A DNA stretch of 64,000 bases from NCBI RefSeq assembly GCF_934754915.1, contig NZ_CAKVKB010000003.1, forward strand, positions 2,281 to 66,280, written 5' to 3'. Shown here piece by piece: positions 48,880 through 59,566 of the stretch. The position numbers and the translations under genes are program-made. How positions within the stretch are numbered: the first letter of the stretch is position 1; each line of letters opens with the position of its first letter. This DNA comes from an uncultured Clostridium sp. GTDB lineage: Bacteria > Bacillota > Clostridia > Clostridiales > Clostridiaceae. The notes beneath the pieces were generated by a model. That model was not told where the DNA came from, made no database searches, and saw only the letters and a program-made list of their open reading frames with translations.

Positions 48880-50568
48880 ATGGATTACAAAATTAAAATT
48901 GCAGAATTAATAAAAAAACATGTAGATTTAGATGCAGAACCTATAGAAAAGCTTATAGAGATTCCGCCAAAACCAGAGATGGGTGATTATGCATTTCCAT
49001 GTTTTCAATTAGCTAAAGTTATGAAAAAGGCTCCTAATATGATAGCACAAGAATTAAAGGAAGCTATGGACATAGATGGATTTGAAAAAATTGAAAATCT
49101 AGGACCATATCTTAATTTCTTTGTTGATAAAGGAACTTTTGCCGAAAAAACAATAACAAAAGTATTAGAAGAAGGAGATAATTATGGTGCTTCTAATGTT
49201 GGTGAAGGAAAAACAGTATGTGTAGAATATTCTTCACCTAATATAGCTAAGCCTTTCCATGTTGGACATTTATTTACTACAGCTATAGGAAATTCTTTAT
49301 ATAAGATGTTTAAAAAAGAAGGATATAATACAATAGGATTAAACCATTTAGGAGATTGGGGAACTCAATTTGGTAAGTTAATAAGTGCATATCACAGATG
49401 GGTTGATGAAGAAGCTTTAGAGAAGGCCCCAATAGATGAACTATTAAGAATATATGTTAAATTCCATGAAGAAGCTAAAAAAGATCCTAGTTTAGAAGAT
49501 GAAGCAAGAGCAAACTTTAAGGCATTAGAAAATGGAGATCCAGAAGCTACAGCTCTTTGGACTAGATTTAGAGAATTAAGCTTAAAGGAATTTGAAAGAG
49601 TATATGATATTCTTGGTGTTAAATTTGATTCATTAAATGGTGAAGCATTCTATAATGATAAAATGGATGCTGTTGTTGATGAATTAAGAGAAAAAGGACT
49701 TCTTGTTGAAAGTAATGGAGCACAAGTTGTTATGCTTGAAGATTATAATATGCCACCATGTATAGTATTAAAAGCAGATGGTGCATCAATATATGCTACA
49801 AGAGATTTAGCAGCAGCTATGTATAGAAAGAAAACTTATGATTTCTATAAATGTGTATATGTTGTTGGAACTCCACAGGCACTTCACTTTAAACAAGTGT
49901 TTAAGGTATTGGAACTTGCTGGTCATGAATGGGCTAAGGATTGTGTTCATGTAGGATTCGGATTAGTAAAATTTGCAGATAGAAAGTTGTCAACAAGAGA
50001 TGGCTCAATTGTACTTCTAGATGATTTATTAAGAGAAGCAGTTGAAAAGACTATGGAAGCAATTAAAGATAAGGAAGAAATTAAAGATAAAGAAGAAGTG
50101 GCAAAGAAGATAGGTGTAGGTGCAGTTATCTTTACATATCTTAAGAATTCAAGAGAGAAGGATATTGTATTTGATTGGAAAGAAATTCTTTCATTTGAGG
50201 GAGAAACAGGTCCATATGTACAATATGCTTATGCAAGAGGAAACAGTATATTGAAAAGAGCTGGTCAATGCAATGGAACTGTTGATTATAGCAAATTATC
50301 ATCAAAGGAAGAATTTGAATTAGTTAAGGCATTAGGAAACTTCAATAATGTGATAACTTTAGCGTTAGATAAACTTGAACCATCAATTTTAACAAGATAT
50401 GTAATTGAAGTTGCCAAAGGATTTAATAAATTCTATAATGCACATTCAGTATTAAATTTAGAAGATGAAGATTTAAAAGCAACAAGATTGAATCTTGTTA
50501 AAGCTTCATTACAGGTTATAAAGAATGGTCTTGAATTATTAGGAATTAGTGTAGTAGAAAAGATGTAA
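48880..50568 (+). CDS. argS: arginine--tRNA ligase
   Basis: It has a class I HIGH-type motif (PFHVGHL) and typical ArgS N- and C-terminal domains ending ...VEKM. Start is ATG 48880 after GGAGGT. Confidence 0.92.
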   Translation: MDYKIKIAELIKKHVDLDAEPIEKLIEIPPKPEMGDYAFPCFQLAKVMKKAPNMIAQELKEAMDIDGFEKIENLGPYLNFFVDKGTFAEKTITKVLEEGDNYGASNVGEGKTVCVEYSSPNIAKPFHVGHLFTTAIGNSLYKMFKKEGYNTIGLNHLGDWGTQFGKLISAYHRWVDEEALEKAPIDELLRIYVKFHEEAKKDPSLEDEARANFKALENGDPEATALWTRFRELSLKEFERVYDILGVKFDSLNGEAFYNDKMDAVVDELREKGLLVESNGAQVVMLEDYNMPPCIVLKADGASIYATRDLAAAMYRKKTYDFYKCVYVVGTPQALHFKQVFKVLELAGHEWAKDCVHVGFGLVKFADRKLSTRDGSIVLLDDLLREAVEKTMEAIKDKEEIKDKEEVAKKIGVGAVIFTYLKNSREKDIVFDWKEILSFEGETGPYVQYAYARGNSILKRAGQCNGTVDYSKLSSKEEFELVKALGNFNNVITLALDKLEPSILTRYVIEVAKGFNKFYNAHSVLNLEDEDLKATRLNLVKASLQVIKNGLELLGISVVEKM

Positions 50569-50589
50569 AAATAGACTATTATATTTATG

Positions 50590-50638
50590 ATGTACATGAT
50601 TCATATATAAAGATGAATTATGTACATTTAATTTTTTA
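50590..50638 (+). terminator. Rho-independent terminator
   Basis: ATGTACATGATTCAT-8 nt-ATGAATTATGTACAT (15 bp with one G.U) followed by a T-rich tail. Confidence 0.8.
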
Positions 50639-50763
50639 TAGTGATAAAATATGTAAAATGATACGATGCCATTATTGAATTGTTATGACAATAATTTAAT
50701 ATTTTTAATATTGAATTATGATATAATTTAAATAAAATATTAGAAAGGAAAGGAGATGCTGAA

Positions 50764-51888
50764 ATGTTTTTGAACAGAAATATAAAATACAGAGATATTT
50801 TAATATTTGCATTGATAGGAATAATAGGCTATAAAATTATTGATAATTATAAGTATTTCTTCAAAATAATCAATCAAGGATTGTCTATTTTAAGTCCTTT
50901 TATATATGCTCTTATATGTGCATATATATTAAATCCAGTAGTGAAATTATGTCAAAGGAAATTGAAAATAAAAAGGGGAATGGCTATTGCACTTACCTAT
51001 ATTGTTTTAATAGGTATAGTTTTTGTTGCATTGTTTTTTACAATTCCAAGCGTTGTTGACAGCATATTAAATATAACAAGTGAAATACCAAGTTATATGG
51101 AAAAAGTCCAAGGATGGATAAATATAGGGCTTTCTAATGAGAGAATAAATGAACTTATAGCACAATCTGGACTTTTAGAAAATATTCAAAATATAACAAA
51201 TCAAATAGGGAATGTTTCCATGTCAATACTTCAGAGTCTTGCAGTATATTTAATATCAATGACGTCAAATCTTGTTAATGTAGTTTTGGGATTTCTAATT
51301 TCAATATATGTTTTGTTGGAAAAAGATAATATTGTAAGAGTGGCAAAAACAATAGCTTTCATGATTTTGAAAGAAAATAATGGAAGACATTTGCTTACTT
51401 TTTTGAGAACATACAACAAAATGATAGGTGTTTATGTAGGAATAAAGGCAATAGATTCAATGATAATTGGAACTATTGCATTAATAGGACTTATTATATT
51501 GCAGGTGCCTTATGCTCCATTATTGGCTCTGATTGTAGGAATAACTAATATGATACCTTATTTTGGACCGCTGGTAGGAATAATTATATCAGCTGTAGTT
51601 ACGGTGTTTTCATCATTTATTCAAGCAGTGATTGTTGCGATTATGTTATTTGCACTTCAGCAATTTGATGCCTGGTATCTTGAACCAAAACTTATAGGTA
51701 AAAAAGTAGGAGTAAGTCCTCTTGCAATAATATTTGGAGTTACATTAGGAGGAGGAATACTAGGACCTGTAGGAATGATATTGGGTTCTCCAACAATGGC
51801 GACAGCAAGAATTTATTATAATAAGATAGTGGATAAGTTTAAAGAATCAAATAAAGATTTGGTGAAGAGGGAGAAACTGGATGACTAA
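50764..51888 (+). CDS. AI-2E family transporter (PerM/YtvI-like permease)
   Basis: It is a polytopic membrane protein with the characteristic NMIPYFGP segment. Confidence 0.75.
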   Translation: MFLNRNIKYRDILIFALIGIIGYKIIDNYKYFFKIINQGLSILSPFIYALICAYILNPVVKLCQRKLKIKRGMAIALTYIVLIGIVFVALFFTIPSVVDSILNITSEIPSYMEKVQGWINIGLSNERINELIAQSGLLENIQNITNQIGNVSMSILQSLAVYLISMTSNLVNVVLGFLISIYVLLEKDNIVRVAKTIAFMILKENNGRHLLTFLRTYNKMIGVYVGIKAIDSMIIGTIALIGLIILQVPYAPLLALIVGITNMIPYFGPLVGIIISAVVTVFSSFIQAVIVAIMLFALQQFDAWYLEPKLIGKKVGVSPLAIIFGVTLGGGILGPVGMILGSPTMATARIYYNKIVDKFKESNKDLVKREKLDD

Positions 51889-52030
51889 TTTAAATAATCA
51901 GTGGTATCATTGATAACACTTCTAAAATATAATATATTAGCAGTATTGAAAAAAATCATATAACTTTTCCATATCCCTAAAATAAAGTATAATGGTTTAT
52001 AAGACAAAAGACTTAAGAGGATGTGAGGTA

Positions 52031-52759
52031 ATGTCAAATATAGGAGCATTTTTTGATTTGGATGGGACATTATATCGAGAAGGACTTATAACAGAAGTGT
52101 TTAAGAAGATGGTCAAATATGAGATAATCGGACAAGAAAGATGGTACAATGATGTAAGACCAGATTATATGAAATGGGATAAAAGACAGGGCGATTATGA
52201 TGATTACCTTTTAAAGATGATAGGTATCTATATGGAAGCTATAAAGGGACTAGAAAAATACAGGATAGAATATATAGCTAAGAAAATTGTTGAACAGAAA
52301 GGTGACAGGGTATATACCTTTACAAGGGATAGAATAAAGTGGCATAAGGAAAAAGGGCATACTCTTATAATAATATCTGGATCGCCTTCAGAACTGGTAA
52401 AAGAAATGGCAGAAAAATATGGATTTACAGATTATATTGGTGCTCAATATGTAATTGATGAAAAAAATCAATATACAGGAGAAGTGGTTCCTATGTGGGA
52501 TAGCAAAAGTAAAGAAAAAGCTATTGGTAATTTTGTAGAGAAATATGATATAGATTTGAATCAAAGTTATGCTTATGGGGATACGGCAGGAGATTATACC
52601 ATGTTTAAAAATGTAAAATATCCATATTGCATGAATCCGACCAAAGAACTTCTGCAGAAAGTAATAAAAGATAGAAATCTCATTGAAAAAGTTAATGTTG
52701 TAGTTGAAAGAAAAGATGTAATATACAATTTAGACATTGAAGATATACAATTTGTATAG
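52031..52759 (+). CDS. HAD-IB family hydrolase/phosphatase
   Basis: HAD motif I FFDLDGTL, motif II ISGS and motif IV GDTAGD are present. Start is ATG 52031 after GAGGATGTGAGG. Confidence 0.75.
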   Translation: MSNIGAFFDLDGTLYREGLITEVFKKMVKYEIIGQERWYNDVRPDYMKWDKRQGDYDDYLLKMIGIYMEAIKGLEKYRIEYIAKKIVEQKGDRVYTFTRDRIKWHKEKGHTLIIISGSPSELVKEMAEKYGFTDYIGAQYVIDEKNQYTGEVVPMWDSKSKEKAIGNFVEKYDIDLNQSYAYGDTAGDYTMFKNVKYPYCMNPTKELLQKVIKDRNLIEKVNVVVERKDVIYNLDIEDIQFV

Positions 52760-52773
52760 GAAAGAGTGGTACT

Positions 52774-53541
52774 GTGATTATTCGTGAAAATAAAGTGAAG
52801 GCAGATGAATATAGTAATGAAGTTATGATGAAATGTGATGGTATGGAATATGCGCCAGAAGAACTGATATTTTTTGATTTGGAACACTATGTTTATAAAA
52901 AGCCCAAATGTATTGGTGTTTTTGGAGCATGTGAATATAATCCAAGAATAAAGTCAATACTGGTTACTCAGTATATGATAGAAGATAAAGATGAAGCAAT
53001 AGATATATTATATCTTGCAAGAGATTATTTTATGAAAATGAAAAATAAAGGTAAAAAGGCTATTGTTACTTTTTCGGGAAATAATGACTTTACAGTTATA
53101 AATTATCTTTTTGAAAAGAACTCTATAGATTATGATTTTGACAAGTATTTTGATTCAATAGATATTCAGAAAGAATATGAAAAGGAAATGACTGGATCTA
53201 TAGGTTTGAAAAATCTTGAAAAGATATTTGATATAGTAAGGGAAGGGGAAGTAATAAGTGGTTCGAATCTTGCAAAAACTTTTCATAAAGTTATGAAAGA
53301 TAAGAGTTATTTTAAAAGAATGCCAGAAGAAAAAATAGAAAAAATTCTTCTATATAATGAACAGGATGTTGTGAACCTGTATTATATATATGTGAATTGG
53401 AAGAAATATATGAAAAATCATAAGGAATATGAAGAAGATAGTAAAGAATTGAATGAAAAAGATATAGATGATGATTGTATAGAAGAAATAGACAAAGATG
53501 AAAAGGGTTTGTTTTCATCTCATACAAATGAAGATATGTAA
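52774..53541 (+). CDS. RNase H-like (YprB-type) putative exonuclease domain protein
   Basis: It has FFDLE near the N-terminus, FSGNNDF, and YNEQDVVNL in the spacing typical of the YprB/PolB-like exonuclease family. It ends in an acidic tail. Confidence 0.55.
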   Translation: MIIRENKVKADEYSNEVMMKCDGMEYAPEELIFFDLEHYVYKKPKCIGVFGACEYNPRIKSILVTQYMIEDKDEAIDILYLARDYFMKMKNKGKKAIVTFSGNNDFTVINYLFEKNSIDYDFDKYFDSIDIQKEYEKEMTGSIGLKNLEKIFDIVREGEVISGSNLAKTFHKVMKDKSYFKRMPEEKIEKILLYNEQDVVNLYYIYVNWKKYMKNHKEYEEDSKELNEKDIDDDCIEEIDKDEKGLFSSHTNEDM

Positions 53542-53592
53542 AAATAATAAACAAACACTGACTTTCTAGAAGTAATACAGTACATTGCTTTT

Positions 53593-53630
53593 AAAAAGGG
53601 GTCTCTTAAATATTTAAGGGGTCCCTTTTT
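53593..53630 (+). terminator. long imperfect hairpin terminator
   Basis: AAAAAGGGGTCTCTTAAAT/ATTTAAGGGGTCCCTTTTT pairs with several G.U pairs and a trailing T-run. Confidence 0.65.
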
Positions 53631-53719
53631 ATATATAAAAAATCAACTTTGCAGACTATGTATTTCTGCTGTTTTAAAAAGTTATCCACAAAGTTTTCAT
53701 GAATATAATTTTCTGTAGA

Positions 53720-53752
53720 AAAATAAAAGCACGGCAAAAACCGTGCTTTTTA
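53720..53752 (-). terminator. Rho-independent terminator of gltX
   Basis: The minus strand reads AAAAAGCACGG-tttttg-CCGTGCTTTTATTTT, directly after the gltX stop. Confidence 0.85.
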
Positions 53753-53754
53753 AA

Positions 53755-55221
53755 TTATGCTTTTAAAAGTTCAATACCTTTATGCATTCTCTTTAAGGAT
53801 TCTTCTCTTCCAATTAATACAGCAATTTCAAAGGCTCCACCAGGAGTGAATGATTTACCTGAAAGTGCTGTTCTTATAGGCCATAACATCTGACCATTTT
53901 TAATTTCCAATGATTTGATTAATTCAAATACTTTTTCATGAAGAGTATCCATTGTCCAATGTTCTTCATCAATAGATTCAAGTACAGGTAATACTTTTTC
54001 TAAATTTTCTAATGAAGTTTCAAGTGTGCTTTTCATTTTTTTATGAACATAAAGATCAGTTGAATATTCTGGTAATTCTTCTAAGAAATCTATTTGTTCA
54101 GGAATATCATTTAATAATTCACATCTTGTATGTAATAATTCAGATATAAATTTAAAATCAAAATCTTTGTGTAATACTTTTTTGTATTGTTCCATAGCTA
54201 GTTCATGGAATTCTTCTAAAGATAATTTTCTGATATATTCACCGTTCATCCATTTTAATTTTGCATTATCGAATATTGCAGGTGATTTACTTATATCTTT
54301 ATAATCAAATTTTTCTATTAATTCATCAAGAGAGAAGATTTCTTCGTTTGATCCATCATTCCATCCAAGTAAAGCTATATAGTTTAGTACAGCTTCTTTT
54401 AAATAACCTTTATCTAAAAGATCTCCAAATGATGCATCACCATTTCTTTTAGATAGTTTATTGTGTTGGTCTTTCATTATTGGTGGACAGTGTACATAAA
54501 CGGGTACATCCCATCCGAAAGCTTCATATAATCTGTTATATTTAGGAGAAGATGATAAATATTCATTTCCTCTTACAACATGAGTTATACCCATTAAATG
54601 GTCATCTACAACATTTGCAAAATTGTAAGTTGGAAGTCCGTCAGATTTTATTAATATCATGTCTTCAAGTTCAGAGTTATCTACTGAGATTTTTCCATAG
54701 ATTACATCAGTAAATGTTGTTGTACCAGTTGTAGGGTTATTTTGTCTTATAACATAAGGGATTCCTTTTGCTAAGTTTTCTTCAATTTCTTCCTTTGAAA
54801 GATGTGCACAATGTTTATCATATTTAAAAGGTCTCTTTAATGCTTCAGCATTTTCTTTTAACATATCCAATCTGTCTTTTGAACAGAAACAGTAGTAAGC
54901 TTCACCTTTTTCTACTAATTTTTTTGCATATTCAAGATAGATGTCTTTTCTTTCACTTTGTACATATGGACCTACAGGACCACCTATATCAGGACCTTCA
55001 TCATGTTGTAAACCAGTTAATTTTAGTGTGTTATATATAATGTCAACAGCACCTTCAACTAATCTTTCCTGGTCTGTATCTTCAATTCTTAATATAAAGT
55101 CTCCGCCTTCATGTTTAGCAATAAGATAAGCATAAAGAGCAGTTCTTAAATTACCAACGTGCATATATCCAGTTGGACTAGGTGCAAATCTTGTTCTGAT
55201 TTTATTTGCCATTTTTTTCAC
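53755..55221 (-). CDS. gltX: glutamate--tRNA ligase
   Basis: The HIGH-type motif ([14 protein letters not shown]) and the KMSKS-type motif (KLSKRNG) are present. Length is 488 aa. Confidence 0.92.
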   Translation of the reverse strand: MKKMANKIRTRFAPSPTGYMHVGNLRTALYAYLIAKHEGGDFILRIEDTDQERLVEGAVDIIYNTLKLTGLQHDEGPDIGGPVGPYVQSERKDIYLEYAKKLVEKGEAYYCFCSKDRLDMLKENAEALKRPFKYDKHCAHLSKEEIEENLAKGIPYVIRQNNPTTGTTTFTDVIYGKISVDNSELEDMILIKSDGLPTYNFANVVDDHLMGITHVVRGNEYLSSSPKYNRLYEAFGWDVPVYVHCPPIMKDQHNKLSKRNGDASFGDLLDKGYLKEAVLNYIALLGWNDGSNEEIFSLDELIEKFDYKDISKSPAIFDNAKLKWMNGEYIRKLSLEEFHELAMEQYKKVLHKDFDFKFISELLHTRCELLNDIPEQIDFLEELPEYSTDLYVHKKMKSTLETSLENLEKVLPVLESIDEEHWTMDTLHEKVFELIKSLEIKNGQMLWPIRTALSGKSFTPGGAFEIAVLIGREESLKRMHKGIELLKA

Positions 55222-55301
55222 TCCTATAAATTTATTTTATTAAAGTAAATAATTATTTATAACAGAAGCATTTAAAATTAATACATTATGTAAAAATTAT
55301 T

Positions 55302-55409
55302 TATATATATATTGCAATTGACAATGTACAATGGACGATTGACAATGAAAGATGAAACCTTTGCAAGATTTCTTTAATTATTGTGTAGTTTTATTATTGA
55401 ATATACATA
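55302..55409 (+). repeat. intergenic repeat copy K (three-module form)
   Basis: TATATATATATTGCAATTGACAATGTACAATGGACGATTGACAATGAAAGATGAAACCTTTGCAAGATTTCTTTAATTATTGTGTAGTTTTATTATTGAATATACATA. It is antisense to both flanking genes. Confidence 0.85.
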
Positions 55410-55576
55410 AAGAATAAAATATTTATTTATATATTAATTCTGCTCATGTGTTCATTAACAATACTTCTATGATAGCTCAATGAATATTTGATGTCAATAT
55501 TTCTTATATATCAATGTAAGAAATATTATTAAAAAAGTAGAAGTGTGAAAAATATGAATAAAAATGGTTCTAAAAT

Positions 55577-56455
55577 TTAAGAATATTTTATTTTTAGTTC
55601 ATTTCCATCAGAGATAAAAGTAATGTTATTTTTTTTATCAGTTCTTAAAGTATATATATTTCTTTTATTTAATTTTTCAATAATATCCTTAGAAGGGTGA
55701 CCATACATATTGTTTTTGCCTACGCTTATAATTGTATATTTAGGAGAAACAGCGGTTAGAAATGAATCAGAAGTAGAAGTTGATGAACCATGATGACCAG
55801 CCTTTAAAACGTCTGCATTGATATTGTCATTTAAACTTATTATGCTGCTTTCAATTTCTTTTTCGGCATCTCCAGTAAATAGAAAAGAAGTCTTTCCAAA
55901 AGAAATTTTCATTATAGGAGAATAGTTGTTTTCATTGTCGTAAGTATCGTTTAGTGGAGAAAAAACATCAATGTAGACACCTTTACCTAAATCAATACTA
56001 TTACATCCTCGCTTTATTGTATTAATTTTTAAATTTTTGCTTTTTAATGAATCAATCATTTGTTCAAATAATTTTGTATTTGAGTATACTTTTGGGGCAT
56101 AAAATGAATTCACTTTATATGTATGTAATATGGTACTCATATTACCTATATGATCATCATGAGGATGTGTGGCTATAACGTAGTCTAATGATGAAATGTT
56201 TAAGGAATTTAAAAATTTAATTAATTTCTTTTTATGAGTTTTAGGACCACTGTCTATAAGCATATTTTTATTATTTACTTGAATAAGTATAGAATCACCC
56301 TGTCCAACATTAATATAATGTACATACATTATATTATCAGCTGATTTTGAAGTTAGGGGTTTTCTTTCCAAAAATGAAATTATTGAGAATAGAAATAGAA
56401 ATATAAAAAGAAAGATAAAATATTTTAGTTTTCTTTGTTTGATTCCAAAAATCAT
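55577..56455 (-). CDS. secreted or anchored MBL-fold hydrolase (ComEC C-terminal-domain-like)
   Basis: It has an N-terminal TM/signal segment and the motifs VGQGDSILI, ATHPHDDHIGN and LKAGHHGS. Confidence 0.75.
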   Translation of the reverse strand: MIFGIKQRKLKYFIFLFIFLFLFSIISFLERKPLTSKSADNIMYVHYINVGQGDSILIQVNNKNMLIDSGPKTHKKKLIKFLNSLNISSLDYVIATHPHDDHIGNMSTILHTYKVNSFYAPKVYSNTKLFEQMIDSLKSKNLKINTIKRGCNSIDLGKGVYIDVFSPLNDTYDNENNYSPIMKISFGKTSFLFTGDAEKEIESSIISLNDNINADVLKAGHHGSSTSTSDSFLTAVSPKYTIISVGKNNMYGHPSKDIIEKLNKRNIYTLRTDKKNNITFISDGNELKIKYS

Positions 56456-56794
56456 ATATGTCCTTTCTAAAATTAAAATTTATATATAATATCTATAATT
56501 ATTTCAACAAATCAAAATTGTATACATCATAATAGAAATACGAACAAACAATATGAAAAAACTCTTAATATTCATAAAAATTTTGATTTTAGATATATAG
56601 ATATGAGAGCATGAATACAGAATTATTAGAAAACATTTGTGATTTTAATAATAAAAATATTTTAAGATATTTTTAAAAATGCAAATAACTAAGATTGTAA
56701 ATTGCAAAAAATATGATATAATGATATAGATATGTGGAAAAATGATTTAAAATGAAATATTTAAAAATAAAAAAATTCATTTAAGGGGGAAGCT

Positions 56795-58552
56795 ATGAAG
56801 AAGGAATTTTCAATAAGCAATGATAAAGTAATGATAAATTTTACAGCCAAATATTGTAATACGTTTGAATCAGTATTAGAAAGCAATGGATTTAGACGAA
56901 TTTTAGAAATTTATCTTAATAGAGCCAAAAAGAAAAATTCAATATCTTATAGATATTTAAGTAAGGCAATGGAAACAGATAATATTATAGATATAAGAAA
57001 AAATTTGACTTATACAATAAGATATCTGACAATAATGGAAGCTGATGAGGCAGTTGGTATTAGTGAATTATATAAGAACATACTTAGTGATAAAGATAAA
57101 TTTATAAGTGTGGTGGAAGATATATATTTGTTCTGGAGAAAGCTTGAGCGATATACAATAGTCCATAGATATAAAGTTCAAGAGGGACTTGCAGCTGTAA
57201 GCTTTACTGAAGCTAATGCAAATTTTTCAGCTCTTATTTTAGATTTGTATAGAAAAATTGAAATGCATGTAGTTGGATATCAGCCAAAAGTATATAGGCA
57301 AATACCAGCAGGTGGAAATGCAGGTATAATGATTCAAGAGTTGGAGTGGGCTACACCAGAAGGATATGAGGCATTAGAAGAAATACCTTTTATTGATCAT
57401 ATACTTCTTGAGACACCATTTATAACTTATCCAAAAAGAAATACAAGAGATGGAATGTTTTCTGAAATAGACTATAATCCTTTAAAATACGCTGATATAA
57501 ACAAAGAACACTGGTTTTGCTATCCAGCAAAAATTGGAGGAATGATTATATTCATATATTTTCATAGAGATTTTATGGAACATGGAATAACTTTATGTAA
57601 TCTATTTGAAATGGCAAGAAGTGAAGAAACAAGGGGAAGAAAACCAGAAATGATTTTTGTATTTGGAGCGAAAGATGATGATGGTGAAGAACTTAAGACT
57701 GTATTCTATGAAGATGACAAAAATGATATAATGCTTGGTTATATTAATCATTCTGAAAAGATTGATTACTTTGGATATATGAAAAAGATGACTTTGACTC
57801 TCTATAATCTTCTTATGATAAAGAGAGGATGCCTTCCAATACATGGATCAATGGTAAATATATTACTTAAGAGTGGCGATGAAGCAAATGTGGTAATAAT
57901 GGGAGACAGTGGAGCAGGTAAGTCTGAAAGTCTTGAAGCATTTAGAAGCTTAAGTGAAGATTATATTTCAGACATGACAATAATATTTGATGATATGGGA
58001 ACATTTAAATTAGAAGATGGAGACATTATTGGATATGGTACCGAAATAGGTGCTTTTGTAAGACTAGATGATTTAGATCAAGGATATGCTTTTAAAGAAA
58101 TGGATAGAAGCATATTTATGAATCCTGATAAGGTAAATGCAAGACTTGTTATACCTGTTGCATCTTACAAAGAAATAACTAAAGGACATAAAGTAGATTT
58201 CTTCTTTTATGCAAATAACTATGAAGGACCTGGAGAGGAAGGAAAATACCTTAATTATTTTAATAGTCCAGAAGAAGCTAAAAAAGTATTTAAAGCAGGA
58301 GCAAGAATGGCGAAAGGAACAACAACTGAAAAAGGTCTTGTTGAATCTTATTTTGCAAATCCGTTTGGACCAGCACAAAAACAAGAAGCTACAAATATAC
58401 TTATAGACAAGTATTTTGAAGCTATGTTTGATGGAAATAAAGTTAAAGTAGGACAGATAAAGACATGTTTAGGCGTGGAAGGTCAAGAAAAAGATGGGCC
58501 AAAGAATGCAGCAATAGAATTATTTGATGAAATTAAAAAGAATACTAAATAA
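56795..58552 (+). CDS. uncharacterised 585-aa protein with HprK/PEPCK-like P-loop
   Basis: LPIHGSMVNILLKSGDEANVVIMGDSGAGKSESLEAF resembles the HPr kinase / PEP carboxykinase-fold nucleotide-binding segment. The N-terminal roughly 340 aa have no motif I recognise. RBS is AAGGGGGAAG. Confidence 0.5.
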   Translation: MKKEFSISNDKVMINFTAKYCNTFESVLESNGFRRILEIYLNRAKKKNSISYRYLSKAMETDNIIDIRKNLTYTIRYLTIMEADEAVGISELYKNILSDKDKFISVVEDIYLFWRKLERYTIVHRYKVQEGLAAVSFTEANANFSALILDLYRKIEMHVVGYQPKVYRQIPAGGNAGIMIQELEWATPEGYEALEEIPFIDHILLETPFITYPKRNTRDGMFSEIDYNPLKYADINKEHWFCYPAKIGGMIIFIYFHRDFMEHGITLCNLFEMARSEETRGRKPEMIFVFGAKDDDGEELKTVFYEDDKNDIMLGYINHSEKIDYFGYMKKMTLTLYNLLMIKRGCLPIHGSMVNILLKSGDEANVVIMGDSGAGKSESLEAFRSLSEDYISDMTIIFDDMGTFKLEDGDIIGYGTEIGAFVRLDDLDQGYAFKEMDRSIFMNPDKVNARLVIPVASYKEITKGHKVDFFFYANNYEGPGEEGKYLNYFNSPEEAKKVFKAGARMAKGTTTEKGLVESYFANPFGPAQKQEATNILIDKYFEAMFDGNKVKVGQIKTCLGVEGQEKDGPKNAAIELFDEIKKNTK

Positions 58553-58558
58553 ATAAAA

Positions 58559-58594
58559 AATACTAAGGGGGAAATGCCCTCTTAGTATTTTTTT
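58559..58594. terminator. bidirectional terminator overlapping the stop of the minus-strand gene
   Basis: AATACTAAGGGG-gaaatg-CCCTCTTAGTATT followed by a T-run. Confidence 0.8.
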
Positions 58595-59334
58595 ATTTTA
58601 TTTTTTATATTTTGGATAAATAAATTAAAGTGTTCAAATGATTTATTATTAAAATTACGGATGAATTTTCTATTATTTAATCTAAATCTATGGAATTTGA
58701 TTTCAATATTTTTAAATCTATAAGTAGATTCTTTGTAGAGGCTTAAAATTGGATTTGCTTTATCAAAAGAAAAATTAATTGAAGCAAATGCAAATGGTAA
58801 TGAAAATTTACTTGAATCTAAAAGTGAAAGTACAGTTAAAATAAAATCTGTAAAGAAGTAAAACAAAATAAAATAAAAACCTAGAATAGTAAAGAACTCT
58901 GGAATATTGCATATTACATTTATAATAACTGGATTAATTATTTTTATTATTAAAACTTCACCACTAGCCCATAATAATGAATAAGGAAGACAAACACGTC
59001 CGTGTATGTTAAAAGGATCATCTGTGTAGTCCCACCACTTTGTTTTAAAGATTTTTTCAAGTAAAAATCCAGTAACATATTCTAAAAATGATGTTATAAA
59101 AAATGCACTTAGAAATAAGAGTAAAAAATTATTTTTATATGGTTCTAATAAAAGAATAAGTGTAACGATGCAGAAACCATAAATAGGGCAAAATGGTCCT
59201 TTTAAAAATCCTCTATTAACAAATTTTTTTTCATTTTTAAAATAATAAGCGACTTCAAGACACCATCCGCCAAAAGAATAAAATGTAAATAAGTACACTA
59301 TATTATAAATATTGTTATTTAATAAATTAATCAA
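58582..59334 (-). CDS. polytopic membrane protein resembling the 'putative ABC-transporter type IV' (CmpB-like) family
   Basis: It has the N-terminal FYSFGGWCLEV motif and PFCPIYG, with about 6 TM segments. The family assignment is from memory. Confidence 0.5.
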   Translation of the reverse strand: MINLLNNNIYNIVYLFTFYSFGGWCLEVAYYFKNEKKFVNRGFLKGPFCPIYGFCIVTLILLLEPYKNNFLLLFLSAFFITSFLEYVTGFLLEKIFKTKWWDYTDDPFNIHGRVCLPYSLLWASGEVLIIKIINPVIINVICNIPEFFTILGFYFILFYFFTDFILTVLSLLDSSKFSLPFAFASINFSFDKANPILSLYKESTYRFKNIEIKFHRFRLNNRKFIRNFNNKSFEHFNLFIQNIKNKIKKY

Positions 59335-59445
59335 AGTAATTTAAGCCTCCTTATAAATAGCATTTGATTGAATTTATTATATTATATACCAGAATAAACT
59401 TTTAAAAAATTAATATTTTCTTAAAGGTTATTGAAATTTTTTTAA

Positions 59446-59482
59446 AAATAAATTCTGTACATATTTTGCACAGAATTTATTT
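59446..59482 (-). terminator. Rho-independent terminator of the DUF378-like gene
   Basis: AAATAAATTCTGT-11 nt-ACAGAATTTATTT (13-bp perfect stem). The minus strand has a T5 run after the stem. Confidence 0.8.
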
Positions 59483-59566
59483 TAGGTATTTATTATTTAT
59501 ATTAAAGGATATTATTTGTTGTAAAAAAGTATGTGTTTTCAAATTATATCCATGTATAAAAATATA

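Noticed and set aside
50062-50097. An 18-bp tandem duplication in argS (ATTAAAGATAAGGAAGAA / ATTAAAGATAAAGAAGAA, encoding IKDKEE twice).
   Set aside because: It is an in-frame, short, K/E-rich linker duplication inside an otherwise normal ArgS, most likely a harmless slippage event.
53260-53269. A GGTTCGAATC tRNA T-loop-like motif.
   Set aside because: It lies in-frame inside the 52774-53541 CDS. No acceptor, D or anticodon arms can be drawn around it.
53699-53893. A 64-aa plus-strand ORF overlapping the gltX 3' end and terminator.
   Set aside because: It is antisense to gltX, spans the gltX terminator hairpin and has no RBS.
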